NCBI RefSeq assembly: GCF_964204645.1
Contig: NC_134031.1
Location: 3,844,001-3,908,000 of the forward strand
Direction of reading: 5' to 3'
Length of the DNA: 64,000 nucleotides
DNA from: Tubulanus polymorphus
Taxonomy: Eukaryota > Animalia > Nemertea
Shown here: one piece after another, positions 37,960 through 51,025 of the stretch
Layout: every line of letters starts with the position of its first letter
Position numbering within the stretch: position 1 is the first letter of the stretch
Notes under the pieces: generated by a model
What the model saw: only the letters and a program-made list of their open reading frames with translations
Database searches by the model: none
Told to the model about the DNA's origin: nothing
Made by a program: the position numbers and the translations under genes

Positions 37960-39085
37960 GACTATCTATATTACAAGATTAACTTTTTTTCTGCCTAATT
38001 TAATACATTAAGATTTTGGATATCTATATTACAAGCTAAACTTTTTTTCTGCCTGATTTATTACATCGAAATTTTGGATATCTATATTACAAGGTTAATT
38101 TTTTTTTTCTGGCTTATTTTATTACATTAGGATTTTGGATATCTATATAACAAGGTTAACTTTTTTTCTGCCTAATTTATTACATCGAGATTTTGGATAT
38201 TCATATTACATGTTACCTATCAGTCTGGTTTGTAAAAAGGTAATACGCAAAATAAGTCAATACTTTACATTTTCTATTGTCTCTGCTGCTCCTGAATAAG
38301 TGTTTATAAGATACGCATTGTCTCTGCTGCTCCTGAATAATGTTTATAAGATACACATTGTCTCGGCTGCTCCTGAATAAGTGTTAATAAGATACGCACT
38401 GTCTCTGCTGCTCCTGAATAAATGTTTTTAAGATACGCATTGTCTCTGCTGCTTAAAAATAACTGTACATAATATACACTTGGTCTCAGTTGCTGCTGAT
38501 TAGTTGTTTATACATCTGGATATACCGTATCTATATTATAAGGTTAACTTTTTTCTGCCTAATTCATTACAAAGATTTTGGATATCTATATTACAAGATT
38601 AAATTCTTTTCCGCCTATTTTAATGCCGGTACATCAAGATTTTGGATATTTATATTACAAGGTTAACTTTTTTTTCTGCCTAATTTATTACATCGAGATT
38701 TTGGATATCTATATTACAAGATTAACTTTTTTCTGCCTATTTTAATACCGGTACATCAAGATTTTGGATATCTACATTACAAGGTTAACTTTTTTTTCTG
38801 CCTAACTTATTCCATCGAGATTTTGGATATCTATATTACAAGATTAACTTTTTTTCTGCCTAATTTATTACATCAAGATTTTGGATATCTATATTACAAG
38901 ATTAACTTTTTTTCTGCCTATTTTGATACCGGTACATCAAGATTTTGGATATCTATATTACAAGGTTAACTTTTTTTCTCCCTATTTATTACATCAAGAT
39001 TTTGGATATTTATATTACAAGATTAACTTTTTTTACTCCTATTTTGATACCAGTACATCAAGATTTTGGATATCTATATTATAAC
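37960..39085. repeat. About 57-64 bp satellite (GATTTTGGATATCTATATTACAAG...) in two blocks
   Basis: Blocks at about 37960-38210 and 38515-39085, with a solitary unit at about 39535-39585. Confidence 0.95.
38274..38455. repeat. About 41-bp minisatellite (ATTGTCTCTGCTGCTCCTGAATAAGTGTTTATAAGATACGC)
   Basis: About 4.5 copies here, with degenerate copies at about 37010-37220. Confidence 0.9.
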
Positions 39086-40024
39086 GTATTATAAGTAGTT
39101 TAGCTGAAAAAAAGAAAATCCTTTCTAATATCATGGATCATAATTAACATATAAAAGATCAGCAATGTGGACCGATACGCAGATTTTGATAATAGTCAAT
39201 TATTAAACGATATGAATCAGAAACGACAGAAGTATGATGATTATTGGGTTGAAAGGAGAGAGAACTCGGGAGGGGGCGTTAGATCTTTTAGACTCCAGTG
39301 TTTGGTGTAGACAGTTACTACAAACCCACCACACCAATTGAGAGTGAAACGAGGTTTGACTTCGAAAAATCGGAAATCGAAGTACAGATATAGTTGTGTG
39401 ATAGGCGGTCGATTTTAAATAAATTTTTTTTTCTTTAAATCCAAGCACATAATTGGGAATTTTGGTTCCGGTTCATTCAATTAATCTTCCAACCAGTTTG
39501 AACCGGCAAGCGACTGATTGGGGTCAATTAAGTTGACTGCCTATTTTAATACATCGAGATTTGGAATATATATATTACAAGGTTGAAGAACAGGTGGGTA
39601 GATTTTAGATTTTAGGTTTATATCAAGCTGGGCCTTTCCGGATTAAGCTTAGCTGAAATGAATAACGGAACGATATTCTGTAGTTACACAATCCTTTCTG
39701 TATCATAGATCGTAATTTACATGTATATCAACTTAACTTTCAACATTGCCAAGTTCAGTGGCGACTAGGATTTTCTTGACGGCTGTACATCTTTGTCTTC
39801 GTGAGTTTTGTCGAAGCTGAAATTGAGTAAAAGAAAAACATTTAGTAGTCACACATTTCTTCATCATTAATCCTAATTTACATGTGAATCAACTTAACTT
39901 TAAAGATTGCGGACTTCACTATTCTTTTTTCGGCATCATCTGTAGTCGCCTTCTACCATCTTCTTCTTCAACTTCTTGGGAGTCCTGAAATGAAAAAAAG
40001 AGAAGAGCGATGAAAACCTGGTAC

Positions 40025-40797
40025 GGAACAAAACTAATGTTCGAAAGCTTTTCAGCTCTCCGTCGCCGGTCACATGCCAAGAACACCAGACAATGAGCCA
40101 GCCAGGAATATACTGCCCTCTACACGCCCTCACACAGAACACGAAAACCAGAATGACAACCCCTCACATTCCCCATCTAACTGCAGGATGCACTTGGCGA
40201 CGTCAGTAACTGACACACCTGTAAAATTGCTCGAAACACAAATAGCGCAGTACAACCAGCTTGACCGGGATTCAGGATCCCAACTAGCACTCAAAGGCGT
40301 GACAAGAGACTTCATCCACTGCCCGAGGTAGTCACAAGGACTCAATGAAACTAGCACTCACAAGCCGACTAGAGACTTCATCTCTGCCCGAGGTTGTCAC
40401 AAGGACACAATGAAAACTAGCACTCAAACTAGAAATCAAAGGGCGTGACAGTAGAATCATCCCTCAGCCGACTCAGAATACCAGAAACAAAGGGCGTGAC
40501 AGTAGAATCATCCCTCATCCGGGTGGTCACAAGGACCAATGAATGCTAGTGGCGTGACAATCCAGTATAACCACTCCATTTGTATCCCGCGCAATCCCAC
40601 AGATATGCCCGTCATTGACATCACCCAGCACACTTTGTAGATAGGTGGGGGCAGTGAGGCCTCGTCATCCTAGTTTTCGTGTTCCGTATGAGGGCGTGTA
40701 GAGGGCAGAATTTCCTGACCGACTCTTTGTCTGACATCCTCGACACATAACCGGCGAAGTAGAGCTGACGCTTTCGGACATTAGTTTTGTTCCAGCA
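40025..40797. mobile_element. Two inverted RTE-like LINE 3' fragments flanking a tandem repeat
   Basis: 40025-40260 (+) is homologous to the reverse complement of 40560-40797. The minus copy reads VRKRQLYFAGYVSRMSD, like RTE ORF C-termini (RRL.F.GH..RM). About 66-bp repeats at 40284-40560. Confidence 0.6.
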
Positions 40798-41007
40798 AAC
40801 GTTGAAATTCGACAGAGAAATTGGCCCTGAAAAATAAAACGGGTTAATTGCTGAAAAATAGAACGGATTAATAAACACGGAACAGTACAGGACAGCACGG
40901 AGACGAACAGTAACACATAAAACATAAAGACGTCGTTCCTCAGGAAGCAGGAACAGAAGCAGGAGCGGGAGCGCAGTGAAAATCGCCAGGAGGAGAATCC
41001 ACGGTAG

Positions 41008-41194
41008 CAATTTCGTGTTAATTAAGTCGAATTTCGACTTAATAAGTCGAAATTCGACATCGAAAATAAAACTCGAAATTCGACTTAATTAACACGAAAT
41101 TCAACTTATTATGTCGAAATTGGACTTAATTAACACGAAATTCGACTAAAAACTGTGAAAAAATTTTCTCGTATGTCACCTAGGGGCTTCCGTA
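41008..41194. repeat. Palindromic GTCGAAATTCGAC / TTAATTAACACGAAATT microrepeat cluster, probably one end of a non-autonomous DNA element
   Basis: Direct and inverted copies of an 11-22 bp motif, ending in GGGGCTTCCGTA. Confidence 0.7.
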
Positions 41195-41523
41195 GAAATA
41201 AGTCATTTTACACATAAATATTTTCTTCTTATAAATCAACCTTTCAAATGAATTAATAGTCAGAACATTTCCCTTATCGTTATTGTTGAATCATTTTCGA
41301 TATTTACGACGGATCAGAATATTCATTCAACTCAAAATGTTCTTCCATTCGTCTAGCACATGCCTAGATATTTCGCCGTTTCGTCAAACATTGTTGTGAG
41401 TTTGGGTTATTTTCGGGACCTGACATGACAGGTTCTGGAAACTCTGCTGACAGACATCGTTCAATGTGGTGATGGTTGACGACATTTTCACGGACAGTGT
41501 GTGTGATTTTTGGCATTGAGATA

Positions 41524-43585
41524 ATGGTAAGTATTGATGGTTTAATATAGGGATAAATGTGAAATATCCAATTTGTGAAACCTATCACCCGCATTTCGCT
41601 CATGAAGTTGGCGCAACATTCTCTACGGATCAAATCGGACGTTCATCTTTCTTTCTTACACAGTACACAGCGTCCATTTATTTTCAATCAAAGGGCCAAC
41701 GCGTTTACCCAACTCGCCCAAAATACTCCAACGCTTTGATTAGCTTTACAAGATAGCGCCTGTGACTGTGTGACAATAGCGATCGTCGATGGATTAAAAA
41801 GAAAATGGTGGCATTTTTAACTGGAGATAGGGCCTAATTCAGATTCTGGGTTCTAGAGGGCATCATTCATTGTTTTTTTTTTTGAAAACCTTTCATGTTC
41901 AACTTTCATTCATTTTTCAGGCTGACCATGACTACTATCACACGTCGAAAAAACCGAAAAAGGCGAAAAAATGTATCGGTCGACGAAACTGTTGCGTGCC
42001 ATACTGTACGAAATCCGGCTACTACGAGATCGAAGGGCACGGTACCGTATCGTATTTCAAGTTTCCCTCGGACCCCGTTCTGCGTCGGAGCTGGCTGTCG
42101 AACGTACGCCGAGAGGAGGGCGAGTTCTTCAAAATAACGGAACATACAAGAGTTTGTTCGCAGCATTTCGTCGACGCGGACTACCGCGACGTATCGAACT
42201 ACTCCGGGCGTCGGTATCTAAAACCGGACGCCGTGCCGTCGGTGTTTCAGTGCTTCGAAGGTAAAGATTTCGCGTCGACGAGAAAAACCGGACAAACGTC
42301 GCTTAAAAACGGCGGCCCGAAGGTGGGGTCGGCGATCGCGTCGGAAACTAGAGGACGTACCGTACAAAATGAACGGCCGGAGAATGAAGTAAGCGTTGAA
42401 CCGTTTTCGGAAAATGATGTCGTGTCTCCGATACTAAACGGAGCTGCCGATGGAAGCTACGAAGGTAAACTCGAACAATCGACATCGACGGACGTTCGAA
42501 ATCGTCGCGAACTTTTACGAAAAGTAACCGAACTCGAAAGAGAAAACCGCGACCTAAAGTATCGGTTAAAGAATTGTCGTTGCGAAAGTTCGTTCTGCGC
42601 GGATGGATTATCCGAAGATTCGGACGTGTACTTGTACACGGGTTTTCCCGACAAAAAGGTTTTCGAATCGGTTTTGAGTTTTTTGAATCCCGGATCGAGC
42701 GGCGAGAATCTGATGGCCGGTTGTAGCGGCGCGTCGACCGACGGCGGTAAACACGGCGGTTTATCCCCGCGCGATCAGTTCTTAGCGTTTCTATGCCGAG
42801 TCCACCTCGGCTTATCGGAGCTTGACCTAGCCGGTCGGTTCGGCGTGTCGGTATCGAGCGTCACTTCGATCGTTGTAACCTGGGCGAATTTTATTTCTTT
42901 CCGATTGGGCGGCTTGTCGATATGGCCGACGAAGCAGCAAGTTGTCGATTCCATGCCGCGCGCGTTTAGAGAAAATCTCCCGAACGCGCGGGTTATAATC
43001 AACTGTAAGGAGATTGCGTGCGAGTTGCCGCCGTCTCTCATTCAGAAATCGAAGAGTTACTCGAATTCCGACGACAATTCGAACGCGTTAAAGGGTCTCG
43101 TCGGTTTGACGCCGTCGGGTAATGTCTGTTTCGTATCGCAGCTCTACATCGGCGGGATCAGCGACCGAGAAATTACCGAACGCTGCGGTATTCTACAGCG
43201 ACAGCATTTCGATCGCGGAGACGATGTCGTCGCTCGCGACAGTTTCGATATACAGTCATTACTCGACCCTCTCAGCCTTCGTCATATCACGATCTCGTCT
43301 GATGATCAGATCATACCCGTCGATCTAGCTTCCGGTGCTACAACGCGATCGGTCGCTTCTCGACGAATTTGCGTCGAGAGGCTCGTTAGTAAAATGGAAC
43401 GTTTTCGCATTTTCGACCAGGTCATCCCGATCGCGTTACTTGGGTCGGTGAACGAAATCTGGACCTCTTGCGCGTTGCTAACGTTGTTTCAAAGCCCGAT
43501 CGACCCTAAACGAGATTCTATTAACCGTAGCGATACCGAAGTCGAAGTAGGCCCACCGCGTGGTTCAACTGCAGCCACGATATGA
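41524..43585 (+). CDS. THAP zinc finger plus Harbinger/ISL2EU-type transposase-derived protein, about 555 aa, catalytic acidic residues altered
   Basis: ATG|GTAAGT at 41524-41527 splices to TTTTCAG|41921, giving MADHDY.... THAP signature CCVPYC..FP..W..VCSQHF..AVPSVF, then coiled coil, HTH region (DLAGRFGVSVSSV) and DDE_Tnp_4-like core with IINCKE, VARDSF and RICVER. AATAAA near 43905. Confidence 0.85.
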
Positions 43586-46500
43586 ATAGATGGATGAATT
43601 TTCTGCATTTATGAACTTCGATTTCAATCCATGACGATAATCATTTAAATCCATGACGATAATCATTTCTGTTTTTAGTCAGTTTTATTCCGGTGATTTT
43701 TGGAATACAGTAAATCTGTTAAATCATGTGTTCATTAGAAATACTGTAATCGTACTAGGCTCCCAAGTTTGGAGGTTTATCAGATATGTGTAAAATTTCG
43801 ACAATGTGATTAATTTCCGACTATAGATCGAAACCTGATCTCTAGTCTGTTGTGACATGCAGAATGATATTTTGTATGTGTATTTAGTTGTATTTAGCGG
43901 TAAAATAAATGATTTATGAAATTAAAAGCCGAGTTTTGAGTCTGCTGGTAATCGATCTGGACGTATCGGCCCCACTCCACGCCGGATTTACGCGAAGCAG
44001 CATGTTTTGCAGACGAAACATGAAGCCTTAACGGCCGTTTAAAAAGAATTATACCAATCGCAATTGTGAAATAAAAATGAGATAGAACCTAAGTTAAAAT
44101 TCTGGCCATTTCTAAAATTTTATTACTAATTTTTAGTCTGTGCGGAACGTTTAGTTTTCCAACAATAATGAGGGGTGGTAGGTAGTCATGCAATTCAAGC
44201 CATCATTTATTACACGTTACTTCCCTGTTGTTGAAAATCTTGCCAGTCCTGGACCAAACCCCAATGAACGATGTGATCTGTGTGCTGGCCACAAATGCAC
44301 ACAGATCGCTCTACACTACCCATTACACACCCCAGTACCCACAGCTAGCTTTCATATATCCATCCAAATATTTAGTGTCTTTCTTCCTGGATTGGTGTTA
44401 CCTGTCACACGTACAGTTCTATCCAGTTGTACCTCGTATTTCCAGCATTCCCAGTTAACTTATTAGTATCAATCAAGAATCGTAAATTGAACTGTTAAGA
44501 CATTTCATTTCAACACCAAATTACGGGATGGATGATCATAACTACATTGGTGCAGGCCCTATGCTTATATCGTAATAAAACCTCAACATCAACCAAAGAG
44601 TCACTAAAAAGTTGCTTGGTTGATTAGTCGCAGTATATGATGATTGATTTGAGGAGGAATAGGAAACAAGTTTCCGATCAGATAGAACCGCATGTCAGAT
44701 CGACTATCCTGGTGTTGGTGAAAGTTCTGTGGCCTCTCCTTGAACTGTAATGTCCTGAGGCTAAAGCGTTCAGAGGGATAAAAATAATTCAATGAACTCG
44801 TTTTCTATGACAATTCATTTTATTTTCGAAATTCATGTTGTTTTTTTTTCACCAGCCAGAGTTTCAGCTATATATGAATAACTTTTGGTCAAACATTAAT
44901 ATTGGGTATCAATATATACATGCTACTAGTACAGCAAATAAACATTGAAAAACGCTAAGTGAAAAACAAAACATGAGAAACTTGATTTTTGAACATATGA
45001 AGCTTTACTAATATGTGCAAAAGATACATAATAAAGTAATTTCAAGGTACGCCATGTTCTTCCTTCAAATATCTATGATCTATTCTTCTAAAACTTAACA
45101 AACAAACCTATAAATTCAAGGCCACACTCATACATAAGAACAAATCAAAATCAACAATATAAAATTAACTTTCGAGGTTCAATGTTTCAACAAAACCACT
45201 GTCTTGACTACGTAAAGTGGAACCTGGTCTATGACGAACTGAATTTTGCCCTAAGTCGGACAATTTAATCAATTTCCCACTCTCGATACAAAGAACTATC
45301 GGTTAGAGCGAATAGCTTTTCTGGTCCCCTGAAGTTGGTTGTAACAAGGTTCCACCGTATGTATGTCTGCTTAACCAGAAGCGGATCTAGGAGGCAAATT
45401 TCGAAAGACTTGTTGCATCCCATAAGGACACCTTGTCCACTAGGGGCACTACTGCACCGAAATGCACCAATTATCTTTGTTGACAATAGAAAAGGGCACT
45501 CCAAAAAATTTGCTGGACTTGTACAAGTCTCACAAGCTCCCCCGGATCTGCCCCTGTTAACTGATCTGAGGCATTTTTCAAAAGGTTACACAAGACCGAG
45601 AGAAATAGCGAAATTAAAAAGAAATTACAATCCGTTATAAAAATTGTAATACTTTAAGGTCTAGGCTTTAGATTTACATACATCTAACAATCATTAGAAA
45701 AATCCTTTGGGTGAATATTTTATGATCAGTCAAGACCAAAATTTAGTCCTTGTATGAAGCGTACAGCAATTTGGCACAAAAATGATTATCTAAGATATTT
45801 TCCCATCATCATCATGGATACTTATCATGAGCATTTTTCGATAAATGCACATAGGTAAAATTACATTTTTCAAACCTCCCCAAAGGATCTTTTTTTTTTC
45901 TTGGAGAATTTTTTCGAACGTTTTCTTTCTAATCTTTTTCGTAAAAAATCTTCAAAGCATGAAAAGCGACGTGAAAAATTTAATTTCATTTCATGATCGA
46001 GTTGTTCATAAATATACCGATTATGTATTTACGAGATGTGATATAGATGACACATAAATATACAGTAAACCGATTCATTTTAGCTGCTCTGAAATATCTG
46101 CTGTCCAGAAAGTGTATTTCCATTTGCTTGTCTCTTTTATTGAAACAATTTTCTGTCTTTCCTCCGTGCCATAATCTTCACCTCAAAATGATGCATATAT
46201 TCTCATGCATGTAAGATGATCGTGCAGAAAAATCTCTGCACAACCAAAAATGTATTTTCAGTATGACATATCTACCAGCATGTCATCCAGACCTGGAACC
46301 TCTCATTTTTGTACTAAAGACTAATAAAATTGATCTCAGCAATGCGGTCTTCAATTGCTCATAGCACCTTTCAATATGCGTCGTAGACCAAAGAGTTGTA
46401 ACTCTAATTTAGCTTATTAGTCAATTAAGGGGTGAATAGTGCATTTGGTCTATCAAACCTACCCCAGATTTTACAAACAAGTTTCAAGTTTAACACTGGG

Positions 46501-47047
46501 GTTATTCAAATCACTTTCAATTGAGTTACTTCCAGGTTTCGGATAACCATTATCTGAACAATTTGCATCATTTTGAGATGAAGTCCGAAATCAAGCTTTT
46601 TATTCGTCATCAGCACCATCAGTGATTAAACCTTTCTTACCATTATGTCAATTTTGAATTTGGTAATTACAAATCTTCGTATTAAAAATATTTAAATTTC
46701 TATATAATCCATACAGGCAAGTCCATCACATCAACAACTCACGCAATTAAGTACACGTAGCTTCAGATGCCAGTCCCTTTTTAACGCTAACGATATTCAA
46801 GGTTTTTTCATGCGCTTCGCTAACGCCAAAATGTCGCGGTTTAAAGCGACGCGTTTCGTTGCTAGTGCAAATCACAAAAAGTTTCGTCCACTCGAAATAA
46901 ATCGATCGTGCGTTCCGGTTTGTGACGTTCATTATTTTTTCAAACATGTTGTTAAGTCGTGACATCGATTATAGACGGTTATAAATAGGTATTTGATGAT
47001 TAATTTCTTGGCGGCGGCGGCGGCGAAGAAGCGACCGGTCGATGAGA

Positions 47048-50000
47048 TCACTTCTTATCGATGAAAGCTCTGACCAGGTCAATCGGCAGCGGGAATACGA
47101 TCGTAGAATTCTTCTCAGCGGAGATAGTGTTGAGGGTTTGCAGGTAACGCAGTTGTAAGGCGGCCGGCGATTCGGCGATGACGTCGGCGGCTTCTTTCAG
47201 CGCGCGCGATGCTTTCTGTTCACCTTCGGCAGCGATAACCTACAAATTAATCGTCGACGATATACTAGAAAGAACCTCAGGGCACTTTCTTAATGAGGTG
47301 AGGGTTCACTCCTCGTAAAAAATATTTCTTTTTTATGACCGGTAAACTGAATCTCGGCATTCAGAGTTGAAACCCACAGTCCATGATTAAAACATTTTTT
47401 GGCTGTTAGTTTCGGAGTTAACACTACACTCCACCATCAGAGAAACCGAGTAACATGATTAATTATGAAACCGTCAGAAAATAAATGGTTTAACCATGGA
47501 CTGCGGGTTTTTCTTTTTTTTTTTAATGCAAGATATACTGACCTTAGCGCGAGCTTCTCTGGCAGCTTCAGCTTCTGCAGCCATAGCTCTCTGTAACTGT
47601 ACCGGCAAGCGGACATCTTTACTATAAAATAGAATTCAGCCGTTAATATACAAAGAATGTCATCATAATATCTTCGATCAAATAAGGCAGACAACACAAT
47701 TTCTGTTTCAAGTTTCTATTGGTATTGACATGTTTTCGAGATGGAAAATTCCAGAAGCTTTACAACAGCTCTGGGCTACACCTACCCAAGTTTGAAAAAA
47801 AAAAATCTTGCACATTTTCGTTTTGTCATGCGATGATATATATTGATTTGGAAGCCTTAAGTTGATCAAAAATGAATGAATGACTGAGCGCTCATCATGC
47901 CTGCACTATGGCTCGCGATTGAAAAAATGTTCCCGCAGAAAATACCTATTGTCTCTCTATTTTAGAACATGACGGTATATTTTCGACAGAATTTCATAAC
48001 AACTGCTCACGCTCAGCTTGGCAAAATGACAAACTGGATAAACAAACGACATTCCGAGCTTGTAAAAGAATACAAACATCAATACTAATCAATACAGATG
48101 AATGTGCGTCAACTGCGATGTTGATCTCTCGCCACATTGATGTGATGTGCTCTTCTGCTCGAGGGCTGAAAATATTGAGCTTTGAAGTGTCGGAAACACA
48201 TAGACAAAATAAAGGGTTAGTGGCGCCTATACGCTATATTTGATCTAACCCTGAAGTAAAACTCCTCACTTCAGCTGTGGTTATTAATGATTTGGTAACT
48301 ATTTATTACTCCACAGAGTTAATCTGTGTCTTGTTTCCAGATTTTTTAAGGTGGCCATTTTTATTTTACTATTCCTTGACGTGCATGTTGTTTTCTTTGA
48401 CTTGAGTTGCTAAGAATCCGATCAATTTACACAGTCAAATACGTAAGACATAGGTGGTAACTATTTTTGGGCGGTACCAATGTCAACAGATTTCCCTGAT
48501 TTTAGCTTTTTTACAAAATTCCCTGATTTAAAAAAAAAAGAAGAAAATTTCCTGACATTCCCTGATTTCCAAGTAAGTCGCCCCCCCCGTTTTTCTAGCT
48601 GTGTACACTAAAAGCTTAAAGCATGATGCCAATACGTATGTGTAATGGTTAACGCCAGGGATCTCAAGTTTATTATTGCCTAAGAATGTCAACGTAAAGA
48701 TTTTGTCATAATTTCACTTACATTTCGACACGTTCAACCTTCACTCCCCAGTTATCCGTAGCTTCATCAAGATTCGACTGTGGAATAAATATTAAAAAAT
48801 CAAATGAATATTGGTTACACTTTATATTCAATCCTGAAGGCTAGATTAGATTCCGAAAACAAACATTGATGATAGGAAAAAGAAGCCTATAACTTTGTGG
48901 ATGTGGGAAAGACTGTTATAACGCCATCTCTTGAATGCTTAAATCATCTCTTCGTCTCTTTATTACCTTAATATAGTCAACCACCGATATACCGCCCTCC
49001 CATATACCACCACCCCACCTACCGCACCCCACCTACTGCCAGGTGGTATATCAGGGGTTGACTGTACATGTATATACATGTGTGATGCCAAAATTTCTTG
49101 AATAAGCCAAATCTCATTCATATTCAATGAAAATAGCATTTTTCATCTATAAAGCCATGTATTGCTGCTTGGTCCCGGTGCTTGAACAGACTTTTGGCCA
49201 TAACATGTCATTTTCAGGTGATCACACTGACCTGCATCTGGTGGCTGATGTTTTCACGGTCGGACAACAGTTCACTGAGGTTCTTCATACCGAGCACGTT
49301 ACGTAATGTAGTCGCCGATAATAATCGCGTCGATCGACTCGCGTCTTCCACATTCGTTACGGACATAGTTGCGTTATAAATACGATAATAAACAACAGCA
49401 TCGACGGCGACTGTCACAGAATCTTTAGACAGAATCTGAATTTCGAATGGAATATTCGTTAACATCTCATTACTGAGGCCCAACGCGGGCAACGAAACAG
49501 GAGACGGAAACATGTTTCGGAGTGTTTCCCTGCGTTGTCTGTATTTACGACAAGAAACCTGGTTTTGGGAAACAATGTTTCTAACATCAACCATATCTGA
49601 TTCAGTGTTTCTGTTTTCATAGTGCTAACAGGGGTGGATCAAGTTTTTGGAAAGAGGGGTGAACATGAAATATTGGGACACTATTTACATAAGTTTTTGG
49701 CCCATAAAGGGTCCTCCACCAGACTAATTAGAAAAATTTGATGCATTAAGGTGGATTCTGAGCACTTTCCTGGTTGAAATTAGGAATGAAATATGGGCAC
49801 AATTTTACCAGTTTCTAAATAACTTGGGGAGGAAATTCCAAGGTCACTCCGCCGAAAAAAGGGGTGCACCCGTAGATCTGCCACTGTTTTGATACAACTT
49901 ACTTGCCTCCCAGATGCTCTAGAAGTCTTTTACTAATTTCTTCAGTATTCGTAGATTAGATAGAATTGGAAGGCAACAGAGGTAAAGGTTTCTGACCGAA

Positions 50001-50837
50001 TGAAAAGAGCATCCGTGCTACAACCTGGCACAATTTGCTTTTTATAGATTTCTCAAAAAACCATTGGTAATTCCCATAATCTTCAAATCAGACTTACCTC
50101 TTGTGGAGGTACGTCGAATGAAACGGTCCTGAGGTCGATCTTAAAGTATTGATCGGTACACGGTATGATGAAAAAGAGACCGGGTCCTTTAGCGCCTCCC
50201 GACAGCAAACGACCGAGACGGAATATGACAGCTCTTTCGTATTCTTGTACAACCTAAAAACGACATATGTAGGCGATTGCTTGGGCAGTCGGAAGTATAG
50301 TCCGGAAATAGTTCGGAAATTAAGCGCATTCGGTTATTAGTTCCGACCAGTCGACTAGATAAGAAAACCGAATTCGGCACTGGCTGCGATCAGGGGTGAG
50401 TCCAGGGGCAGACTTTGACAAGAGCACTCAGAAATTATTAAAAGGGTATATATACTGAAAAAGGGAAGTTAAGTATCCAAGCAGCCAAAACAAGGGTCTG
50501 AAAAATTTTAAAATTTCAGTGCATTTTCATACAATTTCTAGGCACTCAAGGGATATTCAAGAGAGAATATAGGCTATATCTTGCGCTGCAGACTGCTGTC
50601 TTATTAGTTGTCGATGGAAAAAGTGCACTGAAAAATATTGCATCTTCAAAATGAGCTCGGAAAATTGCGACGGGAGCACTATGCTCCTTGTGCTCCTGTC
50701 CGGATCTGACCCTGAGGCTGGAATACATATACATACCTTCAAACAGAAGGCTAAAGAGAATGGTATAGTACACAGGATGAGCAACCACGACAACGCTGTC
50801 AGGAAGTAACTACAGCATCCCATCTTTTCGTCCGTGG
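47048..50837 (-). CDS. Stomatin / band-7 (SPFH) protein, constant region, 6 exons
   Basis: Exons 50737-50837, 50098-50253, 49232-49435, 48722-48777, 47543-47621, 47048-47239. Hairpin hydrophobic segment with Pro, [69 protein letters not shown]. Confidence 0.95.
48973..49065. mobile_element. Short Tc1/mariner-type MITE, same family as 56569-56766
   Basis: AGTCAACCACCGATATACC / GGTATATCAGGGGTTGACTG. Confidence 0.7.
49629..49886. mobile_element. CAGGGG(C/T)GGATC-type MITE, dispersed family
   Basis: CAGGGGTGGATC ... GATCTGCCACTG. Relatives at about 45380-45556, 50391-50714, 29750-29911 and 5561-5800. Confidence 0.55.
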
Positions 50838-51025
50838 CTGAAATGAAAACATCGAAACATTTAGAATAACATCGTCAGGACAGCGATGATTCCGGTATAG
50901 TACACAGGATGAGCAACCACGACAACGCTGTCAGGAAGTAACTACAGCATCCCATCTTTTCGTCCGTGGCTGAAATGAAAACATCGAAACATTTAGAATA
51001 ACATCGTCAGGACAGCGATGATTCC
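50762..51025. repeat. Perfect 132-bp tandem duplication overlapping stomatin exon 2 and its acceptor
   Basis: 50762-50893 is identical to 50894-51025. Confidence 0.95.

Noticed and set aside
37812-39896. snoRNA host gene explanation for the non-coding exon chain
   Set aside because: The short introns lack properly spaced C and D boxes with terminal stems.
41870-41920. ORF-track N-terminus MFFFLKTFHVQLSFIFQ
   Set aside because: It is the polypyrimidine tract and acceptor of an intron, starting at TTG; the likely ATG is 41524.
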